From: an uncultured bacterium
Lineage (GTDB): Bacteria > Acidobacteriota > Thermoanaerobaculia > Multivoradales > JAHZIX01
Reading direction: 5' to 3'
Assembly: GCA_965368975.1 (NCBI GenBank)
Contig: CBDUPA010000006.1
Location: 96,001-160,000, forward strand
Length of the DNA stretch: 64,000 nucleotides
Part shown: positions 1-12,000 of the stretch, piece after piece
Numbering within the stretch: the first letter of the stretch is position 1
Layout of the letters: every line of letters begins with the position of its first letter
Program-made: the position numbers and the translations under genes
The notes under the pieces: generated by a model
What the model was told of the DNA's origin: nothing
The model's input: only the letters and a program-made list of their open reading frames with translations
Database searches by the model: none

Positions 1-11
1 TGGCAGAGCGC

Positions 12-3000
12 TTGCCGTCCTACATGGTGCCCGCGCTGCTGGTCGATCTCGATGCCCTGCCGCTCAACGCCAACGGCAAGCTGGACCGGCGCGCCCTGCG
101 GCAGCTGGCGCTCGACGGCGTCGCCAGCGTCCAGGCCGAGGACGCGCACGTGGCGCCGCGTACCAAGACCGAAGCGCGCGTCGCCGCCGTCTACGCGGAG
201 ATCCTGGGCCTGGTCCCGGCCAAGGACGACCTGGTCCCGGCTCAGAATGATGAGGCCGCGATGGAGGAGGGTGCAAAGGAGGCGGGTGCCGAGACCGTCA
301 GCGTCGAGACCAGTTTCTTCGACCTCGGCGGACACTCGCTGCTCGCCACCCGTGCCGTCTCGCGCTTGCGCCGCGCCTTCGAGGCCGATCTACCGGGCCT
401 GGAGCTACCGCTGCGCATCCTGTTCGAGCGACCCTCGGCGGCAGCCCTGGCGGCCTGGTTGGACGAGCAGCGCCAGGCAGGTGAATACGTAGCGCAGCGC
501 TCAGCCTTGCCCTCGATCCAGGCCGAACCTCGACGCCCGTCGCGGCTGCCGCTGTCCTTCTCGCAGGAACGCCTGTGGATCTTGCACCAGCTGGATCCGC
601 AGAGCATCGCCTACAACGTTCCGTCCGCCCTGCGTCTGCGCGGTCTCTTCGACGACCGGCGTCTGGCCTCGGCGCTCAGCGAGGTCGCACGGCGGCACGA
701 AGTGTTGCGCACGACGTTCCCGGCCGTCGAGGATACCGTCGAGGAAGACCCGAGCGGCACCAGGGTCTCGATGGAAGCCGAGCAGCGCATCGCCGCGCCG
801 CGACCGGTGCCGGTACCGCGCGTCGACCTGCGGCGTCTTCCGGGGAGCGGCCGAGACGGGGCACGCTACGCGGAAGCTCAGCGCCTAGCGGTCGCCGAGG
901 GTCGCCGTCCCTTCGACCTGCGCAGCGGCCCGGTGTGGCGCGTCATCCTCTTGCAACTGGACGCCGACGCGACGAAGCCGGAAGCGATTCTGCTACTGAC
1001 CTTGCACCACATCGTCTCCGACGCCTGGTCGCGCGCCGTGCTGACGCGCGAACTGGTGGCGCTCTACGAGGGCCGGCAGCTCGACCCACTGCCTTTGCAG
1101 TACGCGGACTATGCGCTGTGGCAGCGTCGCTACCTGGAAGGCAAGGTGCTGGACGCACAGCTCGAGTACTGGCGCCGTCAGCTGGCCGGCGCCCCAACGG
1201 TTCTCGAACTGCCCACCGACCATCCTCGGCCGCCGGTGCAGCGGGCGCTCGGCGATCACCAGTGGCGCCGCCTGACGCCGGAGTTGACCGTCGCGCTGGT
1301 GTCGCTGGCGCGGGCCGATGGCGCGACGATGTTCATGCTGCTGCTGACCGCCTTCGGCATTCTGCTCTCGCGCTATACGAGTCCATCGAGTGGCAATTCC
1401 AGCCTGTTGATCGGCTCTCCCATCGCGAACCGTCATCGCGAGGAGATCGAGCCGCTGATCGGCTTCTTCGTCAACACCCTGGTGCTGCGCCTGGACATCG
1501 ACGGCGACGCCGACTTCCGCCAGCTGCTGGCCCAGGCCAAGATCATGGCACTCGACGCCTACGCCCACCAGGACTTGCCCTTCGAGCGCCTGGTCGAAGC
1601 GCTGGACCCGCAGCGCGACCTCAGCCGTAGTCCGCTGTTCCAAGTCATGTTCGTGCTGCAGAACGCGCCGCGCGCCACGGTGGCTTCGTCCGAGGACCAG
1701 CTGGCGGATCTCGAATTCGAAGGGGTCGAGGCGGAGACCGGTGTCGCCAAGTTCGACCTGACGCTGGCGGCCGTCGAGGCTCCCCTCGCTGCCCCCACCG
1801 ATGGGCCCAGCGACGCGCACGACACGCTCGGCCTGACGCTCAGCCTGGAGCGCAACCGCGACCTCTTCGACGCCACCACCGCGCAGCGGATGCTCGCGCA
1901 CCTGGAGCAGTTGCTCGCCGCCGTCGTGGCGGCACCGGAAACGGCAGCCGGACAGCTACCGTTGCTCACGCTCGCCGAGCGGGGCCAGCTCGTCGAGTGG
2001 GAACGCGACGAGTTTCCGGAAGAGCTCCCACACTCGGATCCGGATTCGATGTCACGGCCGACCTCACTGCCGATCTCGCTGCCCATCTCGCTACAGGGGC
2101 CGGTTCTCGAACGAGCGCTCGATAGGCCCGACGCCGTCGCCCTGGTGGCCGGCCGGCAGGTGGTCACCTACGGCGAGTTCGGCCGCCAGATCGAGCACCT
2201 GGCGCGCCGCCTGGTGCAGGCGGGAGTCGGCGTCGACGATCGCGTCGCGGTGCTGGCGGATCGCAGCGTCGAGCAGGTGACCGCGCAGCTGGCGATCCTG
2301 GCCGCTGGCGGGGCCTTCGTGCCGCTCGATCCGGAGTACCCGCTACGCCGCCTGGCCTTCATGGTTGCCGATGCACGTCCGGCGGTGGTGCTGGTGCAAC
2401 CACACCTGCACGAGCTGGCGCGCGACGTCCTGGCCGACACCGGTTGCCCACGCATCGAGCTGGCCCTGGAGCGCCAGCGGCTCGGTTCGGAGCGCCAGCA
2501 CGAGGTGTCGGCCTTGCCGCCGCTACCAGGCAAGCTGCCGCGCTCGACGTCACCCCTGCAGGCCGCCTACCTGATCTACACCTCGGGCAGCACCGGCAAG
2601 CCCAAGGGCGTGTTGATCCCACATGCGGCGATTGTGCAGCAGCTGCTCTGGAGCCAGCGCAACCTACCGCTGACGCCCGCCGACGCGATGCTGATCAAGA
2701 CCGCCGCCAGCTTCGACGTCGCGGTGTGGGAGCTGTTCGCGCCGCTGTGGGCCGGCGCGCGCACGGTGCTGGCACGGCCGGGTGGTCAGAAGGACAGCGC
2801 CTACCTGGTGCGCAGCTGCCGGCGTGCACAGGTCAGTCACCTGCACTTCGTACCCTCGCAGCTGGAACTGTTCGTCGAGCGCGTCGAGACGGAGCAGGCC
2901 GAAGGTACGGGCACCTGCTCGACGCTGCGGCGCGTGTGCACGGCCGGTGAAGCCCTGCCTCGGCGCCTGAGTCAGCGCCTGGCGCAGGCACTGCCGGGCA

Positions 3001-6000
3001 CGCGCCTGTTCAACCTCTATGGCCCCACCGAGACGATCGTCGTCGACTCCTGCTATCCGGTGCCGGCCGCCGGGGCGCGTGTCACCGTGTCGCAGACGGT
3101 ACCCCTGGGCCGGCCGTTCCGCGGCGTACGCTTCCGGGTGCTCGATACCTGGGGACAGCGGGTCCCGGTCGGCGTGCCAGGGCACCTGCACATCGGTGGC
3201 GACCAGCTGGCGCGCGGCTACCTCGACCGTCCGGCGGTCACCGCGGCGGTGTTCATTCCGGACGACGACGTGACAGCGGAGCCGGGCAGCCGCCAGTACC
3301 GCAGTGGCGATCGCGTTCGCTGGCTGACCGGCGGTGATCTCGAATTCTTTGGCCGTCTCGACCACCAGCTCAAGCTCCGCGGTTTGCGCCTGGAGCCGGC
3401 CGAGATCGAGGCGCGATTGCAGGAACATCCGGCGGTGCAGCAGGCGGTCGTCCTGGCGCGCCGCTCGCCGGCCGGGGACGAGCGTCTCGTCGCCTACCTG
3501 GTCACCGAAGGACGACAAGACGCCGATCCCAGCCTCGCGCCCGCCGAGCTGCGCCGCCACGTACAACAGACGCTGCCCGAGTTCATGGTGCCGGCGCTGT
3601 TCGAGGTGGTCCCCGAGCTACCCCTGGGGCCCGGTGGCAAGCTGGACCGCCGAGCCCTACCGGAGCCGTCCTGGCGCAGTGGTCTCGAGGCGTCGGGTTC
3701 CTCGGGTCGGCCGCCGCGGGGCCAGCTGGAAGAACTCTTGGCCGACTTCTTCGCCGAAGTCCTGGGGCTGTCTATCCAGGCTGAACCTCGCCAGGACGAG
3801 CCTCTCCAAGAAGAGCCCCTCCAGCAAGAAGCCGTATCGATCAACGCCGAGCGCAGCTTCTTCGACCTCGGTGGCCATTCGCTGCTGGCGGTACGGCTAC
3901 TGTCGCGCGTACGCCGGGCAACGGGTGTCGATCTGCCGCTGCGTGTCCTCTTCGAGGCACCCACAGTGGCGCAGCTGGCGCGCCGCTTGGAGGCAGAGCA
4001 GCTGAGTGCCCCGAGTGACGATGCGGGCGCTTGGGTGCCGGTACCGCGTGTCGAGGGAGAGGCCCTGCCGCTGGCGCCGCAACAGGAGCGTCTGTGGTTC
4101 CTCGATCAGCTCGAAGGCGGCAGCGGGTACAACCTGAGTTTGGCGTTGTTGCTGCAGGAGCGCTCCCTCCCCGCGGAAAACCAGTTGGAAGACTCGACGC
4201 CGGATTCGTCTGGGGCAGGGCCAGCCCCGAGCGTATCCGCCTTCTCCGCCGCGTTGAACGCCGTCGTAGCCCGCCACGAGGCGCTGCGCGTCGTCTTCGA
4301 ACCGCCGCGCACGGATCGCGAGACGCCGAGCCAGTGCGTGCAACCGGTGGCACCGGTGCCGCTGCCGGTGGTCGATCTGCGGAGTGTCGCTACGGTGCAC
4401 GAAGAAGAGCTCGCGCGTCGCCTAGCCCGCGCATGGGTCGCTCAGCCGTTCGATCTGCGGACTGGGCCGTTGCTGCGCGCGCTCTGGTTGCGTCTGCGTT
4501 CTGTGCGGCCCCCGGGGTCTCCCTTGGATTGTCGCTTGGGTCGCGGTGCCCTGGTGCTGGCGCAGCACCACATCTGCGGCGACGGCTGGTCGACCGGTGT
4601 GCTGCTGCGCGAGCTGGCCGCATTCTACCGCGCGCACGTGCTGGCAGCCTCGTCTACATCATCGTTGGCACCCGAATTGGTGCCCTTGCCAGAACCGCTA
4701 CCGCTGCAATATCCCGACTATGCGATCTTGCAGCGTCGCCGGCTCGGGCTCGACCAAGAGACGCAGGACGCGTCGCGGCGCAGTGGTGTGCTCGCCGCGC
4801 AGGTGGACTGGTGGCAGCGTCGCTTGACCGTCGACGGGGAGGCATTGCCGCCGCTCGATCTGCCTGTCGACCGTCCGCGCAGCACCAGCATGGGCGCTGC
4901 CGGGCAGCTGCCTATCGTCCTGCCGGACGCCACCGCGCGCCAGCTCGATGATCTCGGCCGCGCTTCCGGTGCCACCGCCTTCATGGTGCACCTGGCGCTC
5001 TACGCCGCCCTGCTCGGTCGTCTCAGCAGACAGGCAGCGTTCGGCGTTGGCGTGCCGGTGGCTGGTCGCCAGGTCGAGTTGGAGCCACTGATCGGCTTCT
5101 TCGCCAATACTCTGGTGCTGCCCATCGAGCTACCCGCCGAGCCTGGGTCGCGCCTGAGCTTCGCCGAGCTCCTGGAGCAAGTACGCCAGACCGCGCTTGA
5201 AGCCTTCGCGCACCAGGATGTTCCCTTCGAACGCCTGGTGGAAGTGCTGCAACCGCGCCGCGACCTGACCCGCCCGCCGCTGTTCCAGGTCATGTTCGAT
5301 CTGGCGCACGCCAGTGCCGCGCCGCTGCCCGAGCTGCCCGGCGTCGACGTGCTGCCCATGGGCGTCGAAGTCGCGAGCGCCAAGTTCGAACTAACCTTCA
5401 GCCTGTTCCAGGATCCGTCAGGGCTCGGTGGCGGTCTTGAATACGATGCCAGCCGCTTCGACGCCAGCACCATCCGTCGCTGGCTGCGCGCCTGGAGCGT
5501 CCTGGCCACGGCCGCTGCCGGGGCACCGGATCAGCCGCTAGCAGAGCTGCCGTGGTTGGATGTCGCTGAGCGGCACCAGTTGCTGCGCGAGTGGAGCGAA
5601 CCGTCGAGCCAGCTGGTGCAGGCCTCACCGCCGATGCAGGCACCGGAACTGCTGGACACGCTGGCGCAGCGTGCCGCCGAGATCCCGGACGCCATTGCAG
5701 TGGAAGCACCAGTGGAAGCTACTGGAGAGTCGGGGAGGTACCTGAGCTACCGGGACCTGCTGCGTCGTGTGCAGGTACGGGCCGACGAACTTCGGGCATC
5801 TGGGGTCGGTGTCGAGAGCATTGTGCCCGTCGATCTGCCGCGTTCGTCGGAGCTGATCGTCGAGTTGCTGGCGGTGCTGACTGCCGGGGCGGCGTATCTG
5901 CCGCTCGATCCGAAGCTGCCGGCGACGCGGCGAGACGAGCTGATGGCGGATGTGGGCACCCTCGCGGGATCTCCCCCGACCCAGAAGCTGGCAAGCCAGG

Positions 6001-9000
6001 AGCTGCCAAGACTGCCCGCCGAGCGCGCGGCGTACGTCATCTACACCTCCGGTTCCACCGGCAAGCCGAAGGGGGTCATTGTCAGCGCCGGGGCGCTTTC
6101 GACCTACGTCCACGACGCCGCGCGACGCTTCCGTCTCGGGCCCGGCAGCCGGGTCCTGCAGTTCGCTTCGGTAAGCTTCGACGCCGCCGCCGAAGAGATC
6201 TACCCGACGCTCTTGGCGGGCGGCACCCTGGTGCTGCGCAGCGAGCACATGCTGGCCGGGCCAGCCGATTTCCTGGACGCCTGCCGCCGCCGCGCAGTCG
6301 ATGTTCTCGACTTGCCGACCGCCTGGTGGCACGAACTGGTGCCGGCGTTGGCACAAGGGGTCGCCAGCTGGCCACCATCCGTGCGTCGCGTCATCCTGGG
6401 TGGCGAGGCGGTGCGACCGGACAGCGTGCGCGACGGCTTGCAGCATGCCGTGGGTGTCGAGCTGCTCAACACCTACGGACCCACCGAGGCCACCATCGTT
6501 GCCACCGAAGCACGCTTGTCGCCGCGGTCCGCGCGCACCCGTGCTCCGATCGGTCGACCTGTTGCCGGAACCTACGCCCGCGTCCTGGACCCGTGGCTAC
6601 GACCGGTGCCTGCCGGCGTCGCGGGCGAGCTGACGCTGGGCGGCAGCGGCCTGGCACGTGGCTACCTGCGCCGGCCGGCGCACACCGCCGCCGTTTTCGT
6701 GCCCGATCCGTGGAGCCGCGAGGATGCCGGCGCCCGCCTGTACCGCACCGGTGATCGCGTGCGCTGGCTGACCGACGGACGCCTCGATTTCCTCGGCCGC
6801 CTGGATCGGCAGCTCAAGCTGCGCGGCTTCCGCATCGAACCGGGCGAGATCGAGGCCTGCCTGGCGGCGCATCCGCGCGTCAGCAGCGCGGCGGCCGTTC
6901 TTCAGGGAGCAGGGGTTCAGGGAGAAGAGACCCAGGAAGAAGGCCCGCGTCTCGTTGCTTTCGCCGCCGTCCAGCCGCAAGCTGACGAAGCCGTCTCAGC
7001 CGAGTTGCAGGCCGAGTTGCAGGCCGAGTTGCAGGCCGAGTTGCACGCCGAGTTGCGCGCTGAGCTGCACGAGGCGCTGCGCCAGCAGCTACCCGCCTAC
7101 ATGGTGCCGGCGCACGTCGAGGTGATCGAGTCCCTGCCCTTGACCTCGACCGGCAAGGTCGACCGGCGTGCGCTGGTGCTACGCGAGCTGCACCACGCCG
7201 TGCGCACCAAGACGCCACCCTCGACGCCGGAAGAAGCTCTGGTGGCCGAAATCTGGTCGCAGGTGCTGGCGATCGACGCCGCGGCGCTCGGTCGCGACGA
7301 CGACTTCTTCCAGCTCGGTGGCCACTCGCTGCTGGCGACGCGCGTGCTGGCGCGTCTACGGCGGGCCTTCGCCCCGGAAGCTTCCGAGGCCCCTGAAGCT
7401 TCCGAGGCCCCTGAAGCCAATGCAGGTGCACAGCACGAGCTGGACGTCCAGCTGAGCGCCCTGTTCGAGTACCCGACGCTGGCCGCGCTCGCTCGTCACC
7501 TGGGCCAACTGCGCCGCGACGGTGAAGCGTCTACCTCCGCCGCGTCCTCACCCGTGCCTGTGGCGCGCGATCGCCCCCTGCCGCTGTCCTTCGCTCAGCA
7601 ACGTCTGTGGTTCCTCCAGCAGCTGGACCCTGACCTGACCGCCTACAACATGCCGACAGCCTTGCGTCTCAATGGCCGCCTGCAGCCGGCCCGTTTGGCC
7701 GCGGCCCTCAGCGCCGTCGTGGCGCGTCACGAAGTGCTGCGCACGCGCTATCGCGCGCTCGGGCCGGAGCAGGTGATCGATGTCGCGGCACCGGTCCCCA
7801 TGCCGCTAGTCGACCTCAGTGGGCTCCCAGCCGCGGTGGTCTCCGGGGAGGCGCGGCGCCTGGCCGTCCGCGATGCTCGTACTCCCTTCGACCTGGCGCG
7901 CGGCCCAGTGCTGCGCGCGCACCTACTGCGCCTCAGCACTGGCAACGTCGATGCCACCAGCCATGCGGTGCTGCTCAACCTGCACCACATCGCCACCGAC
8001 GGCTGGTCCGAGGCGATCCTGGTGCGCGAGGTGGCAGCTTGCTACGAAGCGGTGGAGAGCGGTCACGAGGACGCCGCCGCGACCCTGCCGCCGCTCGCTC
8101 TGCAGTACGCGGACTACGCGGTGTGGCAACGGCAATGGCTGAGCGGAGACGAACTACAGCGCCAGCTTGACTGGTGGCGGCGGCAGCTGGCCGGGGCGCC
8201 GGAGGTCCTGCAGCTGCCGGTCGACCGCCCTCGACGCCGTCTCGACGAGCGGGAGGCGCAGCGCGGCGCTCGCCGTCCAGTGCGCTTGCCGGCGCCGCTG
8301 GTCGACGACCTGCGAGCCCTGGCGGCGCGCCACGGCGCCACCCTCTTCATGGTGCTCCTGGCTGCCTGGCAAGTGCTCCTCGCCCGGCTCACTGGCAGGC
8401 CGGACGTGCCCGTCGGGACGCCGATCGCTGGGCGCACGCGCGTCGAGGTCGAAGACCTGATAGGTTTGTTTGTCAACACCCTGGTCTTGCGCGGACGTCC
8501 GCGGCAAGCAGAGAGCTTTGGCGACTACCTGGGGCGCACGCGCGGGCAAGTTCTCGAAGCCTGGCGCTACCAGGATCTCCCCTTCGAACGCCTGGTCGAA
8601 GAGCTGCAACCCCAGCGCAGCCTCGACCACACCCCGGTCTTCCAGGTGCTCTTCGTGCTGCAGAACCTGCCGCATACCGAATTACGCCTGAGCGGGTTGA
8701 CGCTGTCGTCGTTCGCCGCGCCGACTCTGGAGGAGACGGCCGCGCCAGGCGCCGAGCACCAAGTCAAGCTGGATCTCGAGCTGGCACTGGCGGAAGTGCC
8801 CGCAGCGCTCAGCGGCCCCGCGGCGGGTGAGGTCGTTGGCACGTGCGGCTACCGCATCAGCCTGTTCGATGCCACGACCGTCGAGCGCTGGATGCGCGCC
8901 TGGCACCGCTTGCTGGCGGCGGTGGTCGCTGCCCCGACTCGGGCTTGGCGCGAGCTGCCCTGGCTCAGCGCGGCGGAGGCTCACCAACTGCGCTTCGAGT

Positions 9001-12000
9001 TCAACGACACGGCAAGCCCCGCCGGCCAGGCAGCCAAGAACCTGTGGCCGAGGCTGGCGGCGCATGTCGCGCGCCGTCCGGACGCCATCGCCCTGGTGTT
9101 CGACGATACGTCCGGGCCTACGCATCACCTCAGCTGGGCAGAGCTCGATCGCAGCAGCGCTGCCCTGGCGCGGCAGTTGCGGCGTGCCGGTGCCGGGCCG
9201 GAGCGAGTGGTCGCGCTCTGTATGCAGCGCTCGCCGCAACAAGTACTGGCGCAGCTGGCGATCTGGCGTGCCGGCGCCGTCTACCTGCCGCTGGATCCGG
9301 ACCTGCCCGCCGAGCGCCTGGCCTTCCTGCGCACCGACGCCAAGGCCGAGTGGTTGCTGGCGGGACGGCGTGAACGCGAAGTGCTGGAGGCCGTGCGGAC
9401 CCCCGACCTGCAATACCTCGAAGCCGAAGCTCTGCTGCGAGAAGCTCTGCAGGAAGAACCGTCGTACGCCCTGGCGACGGTATCTGGGGTCGAAGGTCCC
9501 GCGCACCCCGATCACCTGGCCTACATCATCTACACCTCTGGCTCGACCGGGCAGCCGAAGGGCGTGGCGATCCCGCATGCCGGCATGCTCGACCTGCTCG
9601 ACACGCTCGAACACCACTTCGCCCTGCCCGTGGACGGTCGCCATCTGCACTTCGCCTCCACCAGTTTCGACGCCTCGATCCTGGAATTGCTGGCGGCGCT
9701 CGGTCGCGGCGCCACCTTCGTGCTGGCGGCGCGCTCGGCGATGGCGCCCGGTGTCGACCTGGCCCGCCTGCTCGCGCGGCAGGCGGTCGACGTCGCCATG
9801 CTGACCCCCTCGGTGTTGGCGGCGCAGCTGCCGGGCACGGGGGAGGCGTCGATCCCTAGCGCGTCGATCCCCGGCAATGGGCAGGCCGGCATTGCCGGCG
9901 TCCGTACGGTGTTGATGGGCGGTGAAGCCTGCCTGGCCGAGACGGCCAGTCGCGTCTCGTCTCTGTGCCGTCTGTACAACTGCTACGGTCCGACCGAAAT
10001 CACCGTCATCGTTACTGCCGACACCCTGGCGGCCGGCAGCTACGCGCAGTCGCCGAGCATCGGCAGACCCTTGCCCAACAGCAGCAGCCACCTGCTCGAC
10101 CGCGACCTGCAGTCTGTACCGCTGGGCGTGGCGGCCGAGCTGGTGGTCGGCACGCTCGGCCTGGCCCGCGGCTACCTCGGGCGGCCGGCGCGCACGGCGC
10201 AGGTGTTTGTGCCGGATCCGTTCGCGTCGGCAGCGGCAGCTGGTTCTCGGTTGTACCGCACGGGAGACCTGGTGCGCCGCCGCCAGGACGGTCGTCTCGA
10301 CTTCGTGGGTCGTATTGACCAGCAAGTGAAGATTCGCGGTTTCCGCATCGAGCCGGGCGAGATCGAAGCCGTGCTCGGTGCCCAGCCCGGGGTGCGCGAG
10401 GCGATCGTCGTGGTCCTTGCCCCATCTTCCCCGGCTGATGCATCTTCAGCGACCGGTGCATCTTCAGCGACCGGCGTATCCGAGCCGCGCCTCGCTGCCT
10501 GCATCGTGCCCACACTGCCGCAGCAACCACCGTCGACCGACGGTCTGCGCGCGGCCTTGCGCGCTCGCCTGCCTGAGTACATGGTGCCAGCCGTGCTCGA
10601 CGTGCGCACCGACGTTCCGCGCACCGAGAGCGACAAGGTCGACCGCAACGCGCTGGCGAGCTTGCTGCAGAGCAGCTTGCACGGGCAGGGCGGAGCCGGT
10701 GCCGAGCCGTCTTCGCCGCAGGAACTGGCCCTGGCGGCGATCTGGCGCGAGCTGCTGGACGTCGAGCAGGTGGGAGTCGACGACGACTTCTTCCACCTCG
10801 GTGGGCACTCGCTCCTCGCCACCCGCGTCGCTTCCCGTCTGCGTCGCGACCTGGCGCTCGATGTCCCCTTGCCGGCCCTGTTCGAACACCCGAAGCTCGG
10901 CGCTCTGGCGCGCTACCTGGAGAGCTTGCGCGACGGCACTCAGGGTTCGGCGGCTTCCGCTCCGGTGCCACCGCCGCGGCCGGTGCCACGCCAGCCAGAA
11001 GCCAGCGGCGAGGTCTTGCTGGCGGCTTCCTTCGCGCAGCACCGTCTGTGGTTCCTCGCCCGTCTGGAGCCCGAGCTGACCGAATACAACATGCCGCTGC
11101 CGCTGGTCTTCCGTGGCGCCCTGTCGCCGCCCCGCCTGGCCGCGGCGTTCGACGGCCTGTGTGCCCGCCACGAGGTGCTGCGCACCCGCTTCCGTGAGCA
11201 GCAGGGCGAAGCACTACAGGTGATCGAACCGCCGTCCCGGCAGCCGCTACCCGTCGTCGATCTCGGCGGTCTGGACGTTCCGCGGGCCGAAGCCACTGCC
11301 GCCGAGCTGGCGGCGCGTGAGGCGGCGCGGCCCTTCGACCTGGAACACGGCCGCGTGTTGCGCACCGTGCTCGTGCGGCTCGACCCGCAGCGTCACGCCT
11401 TGCTGCTCGACATCCACCACATCGCGTCGGACGGCTGGTCACAGGGTGTCCTGCTGCGCGAGCTAGCGGCCCTCTACCGCGGCGAATCCCTGCCACCCTT
11501 GCCCATCCAGTACGCTGACTTCGCCGTCTGGCAGCGCGAGTGGCTGCAGGGCGACGTGCTGGACGCGCAGCTGGTCTACTGGCGTGAGCAGCTGAAAGCG
11601 GTGCCGGCGCTGCTCGAACTGCCCGCCGACCACCCACGCCCGGCGCAGCGCAGCTCGGCCGGAGACAGCCGACCCTTGCTGCTCGACGCCGAGCTGACCG
11701 CCGGGCTGAAGGCGCTGGCGGCGAGGGAAGGCGCGACGCTGTTCATGGTGCTGCTGGCCGGCTTCCAGGTCCTGCTCGGGCGGCTATCGCGACAAGCGGA
11801 CGTTCTGGTGGGCACACCGGTGGCCGGTCGCGACCGCGTCGAAACCGAGGGGCTGATCGGCTTCTTCATCAACACCCTGGTGCTGCGCGGTAGCCTGCAC
11901 GACGACCCGACCTTCCGCGACGCTCTGCGTCGCGCCCGCGCCACCGCGCTGGCGGCCTACGGACACCAGGATCTTCCCTTCGAGCGCCTGGTCGAAGCAC

